Below are positions 20,667 through 30,869 of a stretch of 64,000 nucleotides of DNA, one piece after another. The stretch lies in NCBI GenBank assembly GCA_016717305.1, contig JADKFY010000002.1, positions 346,351 to 410,350 on the forward strand, read 5' to 3'. Under the pieces are notes generated by a model, which saw only the letters and a list, made by a program, of their open reading frames with translations, made no database searches and had not been told where the DNA came from. Origin of the DNA: Flavobacteriales bacterium (lineage in GTDB: Bacteria > Bacteroidota > Bacteroidia > Flavobacteriales_F > PHOS-HE28). The translations under genes were made by a program, and so were the position numbers. Positions within the stretch are counted from its first letter, which is position 1, and each line of letters begins with the position of its first letter.

Positions 20667-21317
20667 TCAAGCAGCCATAAGTGCTTTGATCGCAGACACC
20701 GGGTCATTTGCACCGAACACACTGTTCCCGGCAACAAGCACATCTGCACCGTTCTTCAACAGTTCATCCCGGTTGTCCATTCCCACTCCACCATCCACCT
20801 CGAGCAATGCATGGGACCCCTTCTGTGCTCGCAGGTCGCGTAGTCTGTTCAACTTGGAATACGTATTGGCAATGAACTTCTGGCCACCGAATCCAGGGTT
20901 CACGCTCATGACCAATACAAGGTCGAGGTCGGCGATGATGTCCTCCAACCCGTTCACTGAAGTATGCGGGTTGAGAGAAACCCCTGCTTTCATTCCGGCG
21001 GCCTTGATCGCTTGGACCGTTCTATGCAAATGGGTGCAAGCTTCCAAATGCACAGTGAGCACATCGGAGCCGGCATCTTTGAACACAGAGATATAGCGGT
21101 CAGGGTCCACGATCATCAAGTGTGTATCGAACACTTTCTTGGTCAACGGGCGGATCGCTTTGATAAGCGAAGGGCCATAGCTGATGTTAGGAACGAAGAC
21201 GCCATCCATCACATCCAAGTGCAGCCATTGCGCAGGACTTTCATCCACCAGTTTTACTGCGCTACGGAGATCTGTGAAGTCCGCAGACAATAGGGAAGGG
21301 GCGAGGATGTGGGCCAT
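20667..21317 (-). CDS. rpe: Ribulose-phosphate 3-epimerase
   Basis: ILAPSLLSADF ... HLDVMDGVFVPNIS ... DTHLMIV ... VDGGV are Rpe motifs; start at the internal Met (MAHILAPS). Confidence 0.9.
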   Translation of the reverse strand: MAHILAPSLLSADFTDLRSAVKLVDESPAQWLHLDVMDGVFVPNISYGPSLIKAIRPLTKKVFDTHLMIVDPDRYISVFKDAGSDVLTVHLEACTHLHRTVQAIKAAGMKAGVSLNPHTSVNGLEDIIADLDLVLVMSVNPGFGGQKFIANTYSKLNRLRDLRAQKGSHALLEVDGGVGMDNRDELLKNGADVLVAGNSVFGANDPVSAIKALMAA

Positions 21318-21383
21318 GGGGCGAAAGTAATTGTTCGTTGCAGTTGCGCTTGAGCAAGATCCATCCGGAAATAGACTCCCCCC

Positions 21384-21433
21384 AAAAAAAAAGAAGCGCA
21401 GGGTCATTGCCGGAAAGCAAAGGACCCTGCGCG
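21384..21433 (-). terminator. Rho-independent terminator downstream of rpoD
   Basis: On the minus strand: GCGCAGGGTC-loop-GACCCTGCGC followed by TTCTTTTTTTTT (the plus strand shows cccccc aaaaaaaaa at about 21378-21392). Confidence 0.6.
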
Positions 21434-21458
21434 GAAAGGTTGAAGGTTCAACTGTAGT

Positions 21459-22334
21459 CTAACCCAAGTATGCTTTCAAGACCGTGCTGCGGCTTGTGGA
21501 CTTCATGCGTCGAATGGCCTTTTCCTTGATCTGGCGAACGCGCTCCCGAGTAAGGTCGAATTTTTGTCCCACCTCTTCCAAGGTGTGAGGTTGGTTGCCG
21601 TTCAACCCGAAGTAAAGACGGATCACATCGGCCTCACGTCCGGCCAGTGCATTCAATGATCGTTCGATCTCAGCACGCAGGCTATCGGTCATCAGGCTTT
21701 CGAGGGGACTTGGAATATCGCCGTTGGAGAGCAGGTCCAACATGTTGCCACTGTCATCGCCATCGCGCAACGGTGCATCCATGCTCAGGTGCCTTCCGGT
21801 ATTGTTCAGGCTCACCTTGACCTCTTCCAGGGTCATTTCCAATAGTTCGGCCAGTTCATTTGCGGTCGGTGGTCGTTCATGCTCCTGTTCCAACTTGGCA
21901 AACGCCTTGTTGATCTTGTTGATGGAACCGATCTTGTTCAGGGGCAGTCGCACAATGCGGGCTTGCTCGGCCAAGCTCTGGAGGATCTGTTGCCGGATCC
22001 ACCAAACCGCGTAGCTGATGAATTTGAAACCGCGCGTTTCGTCGAAGCGACCTGCGGCCTTGATCAATCCCAAATTGCCCTCGCTGATGAGATCAGGCAA
22101 GCTCAATCCTTGCCCTTGGTATTGCTTCGCTACGGATACGACGAATCGGAGGTTGGCTTTCGCCAATTGTTCCAATGCGTCATGATCGCCCTGCTTGATC
22201 TTGCGTGCAAGCTCCACCTCTTCTTGAGCGGTGATCAACTTCACTTTCCCGATCTCCTGCAGGTATTTGTCGAGGGACGGAGTATCCCTATTGGTCACCT
22301 GCTTGGTGATCTTCAACTGCCTCATCCTTGCCAT
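21459..22334 (-). CDS. rpoD: Primary RNA polymerase sigma factor (sigma-70/SigA, Bacteroidota short form)
   Basis: Regions 2-4 are conserved ([35 protein letters not shown] ... [28 protein letters not shown]); 291 aa is typical of Bacteroidota sigma-A. Confidence 0.9.
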   Translation of the reverse strand: MARMRQLKITKQVTNRDTPSLDKYLQEIGKVKLITAQEEVELARKIKQGDHDALEQLAKANLRFVVSVAKQYQGQGLSLPDLISEGNLGLIKAAGRFDETRGFKFISYAVWWIRQQILQSLAEQARIVRLPLNKIGSINKINKAFAKLEQEHERPPTANELAELLEMTLEEVKVSLNNTGRHLSMDAPLRDGDDSGNMLDLLSNGDIPSPLESLMTDSLRAEIERSLNALAGREADVIRLYFGLNGNQPHTLEEVGQKFDLTRERVRQIKEKAIRRMKSTSRSTVLKAYLG

Positions 22335-22465
22335 TGTGTGTGCGCTGTTTTTGCGAAGAGTGGTCCTTCAACGCTGGCAGGGAAGGGATAGTTACGGCAG
22401 GGGTCCTATTCGATAAGGATCGGCTGTGGGTCGCTGATGTAACTGCTGAAGGTGTTCAACGAAAA

Positions 22466-22497
22466 AGCCGCCCGTTAAGGCGGCCTTCCCATCAATA
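22466..22497 (-). terminator. Putative rho-independent terminator after pnp
   Basis: Minus strand GCCGCC-TTAACG-GGCGGC followed by TTTTT, just downstream of the pnp stop (22511). Confidence 0.45.
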
Positions 22498-22510
22498 TTC
22501 AGTTATCGTC

Positions 22511-24730
22511 TTAGTCACGACGTGGTCCACGGTCGCGGAATTCGCGACGCGGACGATCACCTCCACGGCGATCATCTCCTTCCATGGCGGGTTCGCGCTC
22601 CACATAACCTTCTGGCTTCGGCATCAGCACACGACGGCTCAATTTCAGCTTGCCGCTGCGCGGGTCCTTTCCGGTCACTTGGAATTCCACGATCTCACCT
22701 TCCTTCAAAATATCTTCAACACGATCAACGCGTTTCCAATCCAATTCGCTCACGTGCAAAAGGCCGTCCACGCCGGGCATTACTTCCACGAACGCACCGT
22801 ATGGCATGATCGTTTTCACTTTGCCTTTGTACGTTGCGCCAACTTCGGCTTGCGGTGGGTTCGCGATCGCATTTACGCGAGCGAGGGCAGCATCGATGCT
22901 GGCCTTGTTCTCGCTCATGATCTCCACGTGGCCCATGCCATCCACTTCGTCGATGCTGATATGCGCACCGGTTTCCGCCTGGATCTCTTGGATCACACGG
23001 CCACCGGGTCCGATGACGGCACCGATGCTCTCTTTCGGAATGGTGATCGTGATGATGCGCGGTGCATGTTCCTTGTAGTCGGCGCGTGGAGCGTCGAGCA
23101 CTTTGTTCATTTCACCAAGGATGTGCAGGCGGCCAACGCGCGCTTGCTCCAATGCTTGTGCCAGCACTTCATATGGAAGGCCGTCCACTTTCATATCCAT
23201 CTGGGTTGCGGTAACACCTTTCGCGGTGCCGCAGATCTTGAAGTCCATGTCGCCAAGGAAGTCCTCGTCACCAAGGATGTCGCTGAGGATCGCATGACGC
23301 GTGCCATCGCTGATCATGCCCATGGCGATACCGCTCACTGGTGCTTTGATCTTGATGCCGGCATCCATCAAAGCAAGCGTGCCGCTGCACACGGTGGCCA
23401 TTGAGCTGCTGCCGTTGCTTTCCAGGATGTCGCAGTTCAAGCGAATGGTATATGGATTCTCCGTTCCTGTGGGGATCACCGGCTTCAAAGCGCGCAGCGC
23501 CAAGTTGCCGTGGCCGATCTCGCGACGACCAGGACCACGCATTGGGCGGGCCTCACCGGTGCTGAAGCTTGGGAAGTTGTAGTGCAACATGAAACTATCG
23601 CTGCCCTTCTTGGTGGCAAGGTCCACGGTCTGCTCGTCCATCGAACTGCCCAAGGTCACTGCATTGATGGCCTGGGTCTCACCACGTGTGAAGATCGCGC
23701 TGCCGTGTGTGCCTGGCAATACATCCACTTCGCCCCAGATCGGACGGATCTGATCGGTCTTGCGACCATCCAAACGCTTGCCGTGGTCCAATACCACATT
23801 GCGAACGCCTTTCTTCATGGCCTTCTTGAAGTAGCGGGCCAACATCACGTTGTCCGTCTTCTCCTCGTCGGTGAGGGTGGCCATGCACTCCTCCTTAATG
23901 GCTTTGAACTTGTCAGCGCGTACTTCTTTTGCGCTGGCTTCCATGGCCACATCGTAGTACTTCTGGTAGCAGAAGTCCATGATCTTCTTCTCCAGGTCCG
24001 CGTTGGCGTTCTCGTGGCTGTAGGTGCGTTTCACATGGCTCTTCGCCACGGCCTCACCCAGTTCCTTGATCACACGGCACTGGTTCTTGATGGCTTCGTG
24101 CGCCAATTTGATCGCTTCGATCATATCGGATTCTTGCACTTCCTTCATCTCACCTTCCACCATCATGATGTCGGTACCGTTACCGGCAACCACCATTTCG
24201 ATGTCGGCGCGCTCGATGTCGGCCACAGTAGGGTTGATCATGAACTTGCCATCCACACGGGCCACGCGCACTTCGCTCACAGGACCGTCGAAGGGGATAT
24301 CGCTCACGGCGATGCATGCGGAAGCGGCAAGGCAGGCGAGGGAATCACCTGGATTCTTCTTGTCGCTGCTCATCATGGAGATCACCACTTGGGTATCGCC
24401 ATGGAAATCATCGGGGAACAGGGGGCGGATCGCACGGTCCACCAGACGGCAGGTCAGGGTTTCATGATCGCTAAGGCGTGCTTCACGCTTGAAGAAGCCA
24501 CCGGGAAAACGGCCGGCAGCGCTGAATTTCTCGCGGTACTCCACGGTAAGTGGCAGAAAGTCGATGCCATCGCGGGCTTCTTTGGTACTCACCACGGTGG
24601 CGAGCAGGATCGTATCGCCCAAACGAACGGTAACGGCGCCATCGGCTTGTTTTGCCAGCACACCGGTCTCGATGGTGATGACATTGCCATCGCCCATGTC
24701 AATGGTCTTGATAATTGCTTGTGGTTTCAT
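22511..24730 (-). CDS. pnp: Polyribonucleotide nucleotidyltransferase (PNPase) with Arg/Gly-rich C-terminal tail
   Basis: Two RNase-PH domains, a KH domain and an S1 domain are all recognisable; likely start MKPQAIIKTIDMGDG (internal Met of track ORF 22511..24766). Confidence 0.9.
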   Translation of the reverse strand: MKPQAIIKTIDMGDGNVITIETGVLAKQADGAVTVRLGDTILLATVVSTKEARDGIDFLPLTVEYREKFSAAGRFPGGFFKREARLSDHETLTCRLVDRAIRPLFPDDFHGDTQVVISMMSSDKKNPGDSLACLAASACIAVSDIPFDGPVSEVRVARVDGKFMINPTVADIERADIEMVVAGNGTDIMMVEGEMKEVQESDMIEAIKLAHEAIKNQCRVIKELGEAVAKSHVKRTYSHENANADLEKKIMDFCYQKYYDVAMEASAKEVRADKFKAIKEECMATLTDEEKTDNVMLARYFKKAMKKGVRNVVLDHGKRLDGRKTDQIRPIWGEVDVLPGTHGSAIFTRGETQAINAVTLGSSMDEQTVDLATKKGSDSFMLHYNFPSFSTGEARPMRGPGRREIGHGNLALRALKPVIPTGTENPYTIRLNCDILESNGSSSMATVCSGTLALMDAGIKIKAPVSGIAMGMISDGTRHAILSDILGDEDFLGDMDFKICGTAKGVTATQMDMKVDGLPYEVLAQALEQARVGRLHILGEMNKVLDAPRADYKEHAPRIITITIPKESIGAVIGPGGRVIQEIQAETGAHISIDEVDGMGHVEIMSENKASIDAALARVNAIANPPQAEVGATYKGKVKTIMPYGAFVEVMPGVDGLLHVSELDWKRVDRVEDILKEGEIVEFQVTGKDPRSGKLKLSRRVLMPKPEGYVEREPAMEGDDRRGGDRPRREFRDRGPRRD

Positions 24731-24954
24731 CTTCTTTTCCTCTTTTACATCTTCCCGGAACATCATTCAGGCGATCGGTCCGGGAACCCGACTGCCGTGG
24801 TTGGCCGAATGGCCAGGTATGTAGAAGGGGCGACCGTTGCTCACGATCGCCCCCTGTATTCGATCAATAGGTTTCGCTGAATGATCACAAGTCTGGTCGA
24901 AGCCAGCGTAATGTCAGTCCGAGCGAACCTGCCTACCGCAGGCAGGGCCGAGGA

Positions 24955-25224
24955 CTACTTACGCAGGCCGAGTTTACCGATGATCGCACGATACCGTTCG
25001 ATATCGTACATCTTCAGGTAGTTCAGCAATTGCTTGCGCTTGCCCACCATGGTCATCAGCGCCTTTTCAGTGCCGTGATCCTTCTTGTTCACTTTCAAGT
25101 GACCGGTGAGGTGATTGATACGTGTGGTGAACAACGCGATCTGGCTTTCGGAACCCCCGGTGTTCTTGTCAGAACCCCCGTGTTCCTTGAAAATATCGCG
25201 CTTTGCTTCAGTGGTCAGGTACAT
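24955..25224 (-). CDS. rpsO: 30S ribosomal protein S15
   Basis: MYLTTEAKRDIFKEHGGSDKNTGGSESQIALFTTRINHLTGHLKVNKKDHGTEKALMTMVGKRKQLLNYLK ... aligns with S15; start at the internal Met of the track ORF. Confidence 0.9.
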   Translation of the reverse strand: MYLTTEAKRDIFKEHGGSDKNTGGSESQIALFTTRINHLTGHLKVNKKDHGTEKALMTMVGKRKQLLNYLKMYDIERYRAIIGKLGLRK

Positions 25225-25353
25225 GGTCTTTTTTGGTAACGGACGGCAAATATAGGGTTTTTGGGGATCCCTTGGTTGGGTTCTACATCCTGTGGGGACT
25301 GCCGTACTTATTTGGCAGCGAAGAATTGCGGTCAACTCTGTCAAAAGGGGTCT

Positions 25354-26199
25354 TCACCCCCTCAACATCCCAAACGTCTTCGCCAGGAACCCTTTGAGTT
25401 CCTTCCGGTGAACGATCTTGTCCAAGAAGCCATGTTCCAGCACGAATTCGCTGGTTTGGAAGCCTTCGGGCAGGTCACGGCCAATGGTTTCGCGCACTAC
25501 GCGTGGGCCGGCGAAGGCCACCAAGGCCTTGGGTTCGGCGATGTTGAGATCGCCCAGCATGGCAAAACTGGCTGTAACACCACCAGTAGTGGGGTCGGTG
25601 ATCACGCTGATGTACGGTAGTTTCTTTTTGGCGAGCAGAGTGAGCTTGGCACTGGTCTTGGCCATTTGCATCAGGCTATAGCCGGCCTCCATCATACGGG
25701 CACCACCGCTTTTGCTGATGATCACCAACGGGCATTTCCGTTTGATCGCCTGATCGGCGGCCATGGCGATCTTTTCACCTACCACGCTGCCCATACTACC
25801 GCCGATAAAGCGGAAATCCATGCAGGCGATCACCACATAGTGCTTGTCCAGCTTGCCTTCCGCGGCCCGCAGCGCATCATTCAGCCCGCTGTCCTGTCGG
25901 CTTTTCACCAAACGGTCCGCGTATTTCTTGGTATCCTCGAACTTCAATGGATCCCCGGCCACCAAGTCCTTCCCGATCTCGGTGAATTTGTGATCATCGA
26001 AAAGCAGTGCGAAATATTCCTCACTTCCGATCTTCTCGTGGTGCTCGCATTTGCTGCAAACCCAAAGGTTGTTCTCGTGCTCTTCAGAGGTCATTACCTC
26101 CTTGCACTCAGGGCATTTATACCAAAGCCCTTCGGGAGTTTCCTTCTTCTCCTCGGTACTGGTGGTAATGCCTTCTTTTACGCGTGTGAACCAGCCCAT
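25354..26199 (-). CDS. accD: Acetyl-CoA carboxylase carboxyltransferase beta subunit
   Basis: N-terminal Zn-ribbon CPECKEV...CSKCEHH and carboxyltransferase core ([20 protein letters not shown] ...). Confidence 0.9.
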   Translation of the reverse strand: MGWFTRVKEGITTSTEEKKETPEGLWYKCPECKEVMTSEEHENNLWVCSKCEHHEKIGSEEYFALLFDDHKFTEIGKDLVAGDPLKFEDTKKYADRLVKSRQDSGLNDALRAAEGKLDKHYVVIACMDFRFIGGSMGSVVGEKIAMAADQAIKRKCPLVIISKSGGARMMEAGYSLMQMAKTSAKLTLLAKKKLPYISVITDPTTGGVTASFAMLGDLNIAEPKALVAFAGPRVVRETIGRDLPEGFQTSEFVLEHGFLDKIVHRKELKGFLAKTFGMLRG

Positions 26200-26337
26200 G
26201 GTGAATCGCTCGTGTTTGACGAAGATAGTGCCTTAGTAGGTTGAAGGTTGGCTGCTGGCCTTTTGCTGTTGGCTACCAGCTACATGTTCTAAAATGAACA
26301 AATAGCTAGTAGCCAGAAGCCAGTAGCCGATCCTGAA

Positions 26338-27408
26338 CTAAGCTACGGCGATCTTCTTGTCCAAATAAACATCCTGCACTGCATTCAACAGGGCGATGCC
26401 TTCTTTCAATGGGCGTTGGAACGCCTTGCGACCACTGATCAGTCCTTGGCCACCGGCGCGTTTGTTGATCACGGCCGTTTTCACCGCCTCGGCCATGTCA
26501 CTGGCTCCGCTGCTGGCACCACCGCTGTTGATCAGGCCTATACGTCCCATGTAGCAGTTGGCCACTTGGTACCTGCACAGGTCTATCGGATGGTCTGTTG
26601 TGAGTTCACTGTAGACCTTCGGATGGGTTTTGCCGTAGCCCTTCAGTGCGTTGTAGCCACCGTTGGTCTCGGGCAGCTTTTGTTTGATGATGTCGGCTTG
26701 GATAGTAACGCCCAAGTGATTCGCTTGTCCGGTTAGATCGGTTGCAGTGTGATAGTCCTTGCCGTCCACCTTGAAGCCGTTATTGCGGATATAGCACCAG
26801 AGGATCGTGGCCATGCCAAGCTCGTGCGCATATTCGAAGGCCTCGGCGATCTCGGTGATCTGGCGCGTGCTTTCCTCACTGCCGAAGTAGATGGTTGCAC
26901 CAACTGCCACAGCGCCCATTTCCCACGCGCTTTTCACATCACCAAAAAGGACCTGATCGAACTTGTTGGGGAAAGTCATCAGTTCATTGTGATTGATCTT
27001 CACGATGAAAGGGATCTTGTGGGCGTACTTCCGGCTGTTGGCCGCGAGCACCCCGAAGGTGGAAGCCACCCCGTTACAACCGCCTTCGATGGCGAGCTTA
27101 ACGATGTTCTCTGGATCGAAGTAAGCGGGGTTGGGTGCGAAACTGGCCCCGGCACTGTGCTCAATGCCTTGGTCCACTGGGAGAATGCTTACATATCCGG
27201 TGTTCGCCAACCGACCGTTTCCGTACAGGGCTTGCATGCTGCGGAGCACTTGCGGGTTCCGGTTCGTTTGAGCGAAACTGCGATCCACGAAATCTGGACC
27301 CGGCAAATGCAACATGCTTTTGTCGATGGTCTTGCACTTGTGTTCCAATAGGCTTTTCGCCTCTTTGCCAAGGAGTTCGTCGATCTTGCCGGTCTTAAGC
27401 GTAGCCAT
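26338..27408 (-). CDS. fbaB: Class I fructose-bisphosphate aldolase (FbaB/DhnA type)
   Basis: Near-collinear with E. coli FbaB ([32 protein letters not shown] ... [18 protein letters not shown] ... [20 protein letters not shown]). Confidence 0.9.
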   Translation of the reverse strand: MATLKTGKIDELLGKEAKSLLEHKCKTIDKSMLHLPGPDFVDRSFAQTNRNPQVLRSMQALYGNGRLANTGYVSILPVDQGIEHSAGASFAPNPAYFDPENIVKLAIEGGCNGVASTFGVLAANSRKYAHKIPFIVKINHNELMTFPNKFDQVLFGDVKSAWEMGAVAVGATIYFGSEESTRQITEIAEAFEYAHELGMATILWCYIRNNGFKVDGKDYHTATDLTGQANHLGVTIQADIIKQKLPETNGGYNALKGYGKTHPKVYSELTTDHPIDLCRYQVANCYMGRIGLINSGGASSGASDMAEAVKTAVINKRAGGQGLISGRKAFQRPLKEGIALLNAVQDVYLDKKIAVA

Positions 27409-27570
27409 GCGGGATTCCCGTTTTTGTGAATGGGCCGCGAAGGTATGAAATGGGTCGAGGGGATGTAAAGGGGGCTAATAAGTTGCGGGTTGAAGCGGTT
27501 GGTACAGGGTATTGGGTGCAGAGTGCCGGATCCGCTGCGGGGCAGTACGCTGTACTCGGTTCCTGCTACC

Positions 27571-30027
27571 CTAAAATGGATACCCGATCCCCAGGTTGAA
27601 ATTCAACTGCGGCCCATAACGCACCTCCTTGCCTTCCAGCTCGCTCATACTTGCTTCCCATTGGTCCTTTGGCTGGAACAACCAGCGTTCACCTTTGGGC
27701 AATGCGGGGTCTTTGGTTTGGAGTCCGAGATCGAACCGAACAATGAAGAAATCGAAGTTGAATCGCGCTCCTGCACCCGTGCCGACAGCAAGCTCTCCAA
27801 GGAAGCGGTCCACGGCGAAGTCGGCTCCGGGTCTTCGCGGATCTTTTGAACGGTTCCAGATGTTGCCGATATCAGCGAACAGCGCACCTTCCAGGAACCC
27901 GATCAGTTTGAATCGGTATTCAGCATTGTATTCCAGCCGGATCTCCCCGATACGATCGTAAGCAACCAACGGTGCGGAATATGAGCCGGGACCCAATGTT
28001 CGGGATCGCCATGCCCGCATGCCGTTGGCACCACCGCCGAAGAAGCTGACCTCGAACGGAAGTACCGGCAAGTTCCCGTATGGAACTCCAATGCCCGCAG
28101 CCAACCGGAACGCAAGGCTGCTCTTGCTGTGGATGATCTTTCGCCAGCGCAGGTCGCCGTCCACTTTTACGAACTCGGCATAACGAATGTTTCCCACCGT
28201 GTAGAATCGATTGCCGAGCGTATCGCTGGCTTCTTTGCCAAATGCCTTCAAGGAAGGGGCCCATTCACCCGTTACCCGCAGGTAGAGCACATTGCGTTTG
28301 GCAATATTCGCTTGTGTGTTGCGAATGAACTGGGCACGTGGACCAATGATCAAGTGGTTGGTATAGCTGTCCAATAGCACTGGGTCATTGGAACGTTGCA
28401 GATAGGTGTTGAATGTTTCGCTTTTCTGTGGGATCTTGATGATATTGACATCGATGGGAAAGACGCCGATCGTATTGTATGTGGACTCTTGCCATTCCAT
28501 GCCAATGGAGGCCTTCGCCAGGGTGCGTGTGAAATCCGGCCTCTGCTGGAAATTATAGAGTGCGTTTATCAGTAACTTGGAACTGCTGCTTTTGGAGAAA
28601 AGTCGGGCGAACGGCCGTGGGAATCCGATGGTCACCTCGGGGCCGATGTTCACTGTGTTGAACAAGGTAGTGGAGCCCAATTGGTTCTGACCTGGGACAT
28701 CGGCATCTCCGCGTGCAGTGAAACTCTGTTGTGCTTCCAAGCCGAGGTTGAGCTGGGTTTGGATATAGCCCAAGGATTTGAACAAGTTGCGGTGCCGATA
28801 TCCGAAACTGAGCGTGGTGCCGAAGAATCCGCCACGGTTGGTACCATAGCCTTCGATGGACATGTTCTGTTGCTTGCTTGGCAACAAGTTGATCCGTGCG
28901 TTGGCGACTCCGCGTCCTGTTCCTGTGGTATCATAACTGATCTCCACGCGATCGAATACGCGCAAGCCGGTCAACCGCTTGTAGGTATTATCGGCCGCGC
29001 TCTTCTCGAACCGTTGCTGAGGTTTCAGGAAGACAGCGCTCAACAGTGCTTGCGGCCGGTATGGGAGCTTGCCTTGGTGTAAGAGCCGATAACCTTGGAA
29101 TAGCGTGGTATCCATCACGGTCCCTTGGCTGGTCCTAACTGAGCGGATGGAAATATCCCCGATGGTGTAGACCGTGCCTTCCGGAGTACCCTGCAAACCT
29201 CTATCGGTGCGGGAGTATGGCCTTTCTATGCGCATGGTCAGGTCCACCTCGTGATCACCTACGGTCGGGTTGGCATCGTACATGACCAATTCCCGAGTAA
29301 AGAAGAGGTACCCAAGTTCCTTCATGCGATCGGCCACACGGGTTCGTTCGGCATCGAGCACATCGGCATCGAAGCGGTCTCCTGACTTCAGCAGGGTGTT
29401 GCCCCAATATTCCTGCATATAATGCGCAATGGCGGGGTCGTCCACGGTGTAGGAGATCTTCCGAAGGCGGGAAACCGGACCCGGAACGATCGTGTAGACA
29501 ACTTCAGCCTTTGGCTGTTTGAAAGGCCGCCCGCGCTTTTTGCTGAACCATTTGCGATGGGTGTAGTGGATACTGTCCTTAACAGTTGCCTCGAAATACC
29601 CTTCCTTTTTCATGAATAGCCGGAGCTGCTCACTTGATCGATGGGTCTGGCTGCTATCCAATACCACCGGTGGTTCGCCGTTACGCGATCGGGTGGTCTG
29701 GTCGCAGATCCGTGGCTTTTTGCCCTTCTCCAGTCGTTTTTCATTCTTCACGGCACACAGGCTGTCCTTCTCTTCGCGCTTCAATTGCACTTTCTGTGGG
29801 TCGCGCAGGTTGTAAAGGCCCAAGTAGAACGGAACGCCCAGGATCCGTTTATTCGGTTTCTGTTTGATAATGGGCAGAAGTTCAGAGGGTTCCACGCTTT
29901 TCCCGGACACCACGACGTGGTTCCTTTTCAAGAGGTGATTTCCCTCGGCTACACGACGGGTCGGGTCACAGCCAACAAGCAATAACAGCACGAATGCAAA
30001 GAGGATATGGCGGATCTTGGGGCGCAA
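27571..30027 (-). CDS. Omp85-family outer-membrane protein (BamA/TamA-like; surface antigen D15 barrel)
   Basis: 818 aa, signal/lipoprotein-like N-terminus (LLLLVGCD). Long soluble POTRA-like region, then a C-terminal barrel ending ...NLGIGYPF (aromatic terminus). Confidence 0.75.
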   Translation of the reverse strand: MRPKIRHILFAFVLLLLVGCDPTRRVAEGNHLLKRNHVVVSGKSVEPSELLPIIKQKPNKRILGVPFYLGLYNLRDPQKVQLKREEKDSLCAVKNEKRLEKGKKPRICDQTTRSRNGEPPVVLDSSQTHRSSEQLRLFMKKEGYFEATVKDSIHYTHRKWFSKKRGRPFKQPKAEVVYTIVPGPVSRLRKISYTVDDPAIAHYMQEYWGNTLLKSGDRFDADVLDAERTRVADRMKELGYLFFTRELVMYDANPTVGDHEVDLTMRIERPYSRTDRGLQGTPEGTVYTIGDISIRSVRTSQGTVMDTTLFQGYRLLHQGKLPYRPQALLSAVFLKPQQRFEKSAADNTYKRLTGLRVFDRVEISYDTTGTGRGVANARINLLPSKQQNMSIEGYGTNRGGFFGTTLSFGYRHRNLFKSLGYIQTQLNLGLEAQQSFTARGDADVPGQNQLGSTTLFNTVNIGPEVTIGFPRPFARLFSKSSSSKLLINALYNFQQRPDFTRTLAKASIGMEWQESTYNTIGVFPIDVNIIKIPQKSETFNTYLQRSNDPVLLDSYTNHLIIGPRAQFIRNTQANIAKRNVLYLRVTGEWAPSLKAFGKEASDTLGNRFYTVGNIRYAEFVKVDGDLRWRKIIHSKSSLAFRLAAGIGVPYGNLPVLPFEVSFFGGGANGMRAWRSRTLGPGSYSAPLVAYDRIGEIRLEYNAEYRFKLIGFLEGALFADIGNIWNRSKDPRRPGADFAVDRFLGELAVGTGAGARFNFDFFIVRFDLGLQTKDPALPKGERWLFQPKDQWEASMSELEGKEVRYGPQLNFNLGIGYPF

Positions 30028-30095
30028 GCAGGAGGCTTTGATAGTTTTGCGCTCCTACCCGTAAGGCAGATCTGCCTGCCAAGCCAAACGCAGGA

Positions 30096-30869
30096 GTGGC
30101 AGCGCCAAATATACCCAGCACCGTGAGCACGAAGAACGAATTGAAACTTGCACGGTCGCTTCAACAGAAGAAGTTCCGCGATCAGCTTGGGTTGTTCCTT
30201 GTGCAAGGTCCGAAGCTGGTGGGCGAATTAGTGCGAAGTTCGTGGCCGGTGGAAACGATCTACGCCACCGGGATCGCCATGGTCAAGCACGATCTGCCAT
30301 CCGCCATTGCGCTACCGCCGCACGAATTGGACCGGATAGGGACCTTGGAAAGCGGCAATGAAATGATCGCAGTAGCACGCAAAGCGGCAGTAGGCCCATT
30401 GAAGGACCTCGGGCCTGAAGAACTCGTCTTGGCCATGGATGGCATAACCGATCCCGGCAATTTGGGTACTGTTCTTCGTGTTGCGGATTGGTTCGGGATC
30501 AAGAGGGTCTGGTGTAATTCAGGCAGTGTGGATGTGTACAATCCGAAATGTGTGCAGGCCAGCATGGGCGCGATCTTCAGGGTAACTGTCGACCAGGTGG
30601 ACTTGCCGGAACTTCTCAAACGACAACAAGTTGAAGGCGCCACGATCTTTCATGCGACCATGGGGGGGGCTTCGGTCTTCAGTAAGGACCTGGCGCGCAA
30701 AGCGATCATTGTACTGGGGAGCGAATCGCATGGAATTTCTGCGGAAGTTCTGCAGGTTGGCGGCCAAGCGATCAGTGTGCCCGGTTCGGGTGGAAGTGAA
30801 TCGTTGAACGTGGCTATGGCGGCGGCGGCGCTCTGCACGGAATTCAGCCGTCAGCGGGGTTTGCGGTAA
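30096..30869 (+). CDS. TrmH/SpoU-family RNA 2'-O-methyltransferase
   Basis: SPOUT motifs (LVLAMDGITDPGNLGTVLRVADWFG ... IVLGSESHGIS ... VPGSGGSESLNVAMAAA). The start codon is uncertain (GTG at 30096 or a later start). Confidence 0.75.
   Translation: MAAPNIPSTVSTKNELKLARSLQQKKFRDQLGLFLVQGPKLVGELVRSSWPVETIYATGIAMVKHDLPSAIALPPHELDRIGTLESGNEMIAVARKAAVGPLKDLGPEELVLAMDGITDPGNLGTVLRVADWFGIKRVWCNSGSVDVYNPKCVQASMGAIFRVTVDQVDLPELLKRQQVEGATIFHATMGGASVFSKDLARKAIIVLGSESHGISAEVLQVGGQAISVPGSGGSESLNVAMAAAALCTEFSRQRGLR

Noticed and set aside
22328-24880. Plus-strand ORFs 22328..23404 (358 aa) and 23510..24880 (456 aa)
   Set aside because: They are antisense to the unambiguous pnp gene and have low-complexity composition.
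25140-25200. Apparent small tandem duplication in rpsO (GGSDKNTGGSES)
   Set aside because: Alignment to E. coli S15 shows the same length with no insertion. It is internal similarity, not a duplication.
26200-26337. Possible terminator/hairpin between accD and fbaB (ggctaccagc ... gctagtagcc)
   Set aside because: The inverted repeat is imperfect and there is no T-run; not convincing enough to call.
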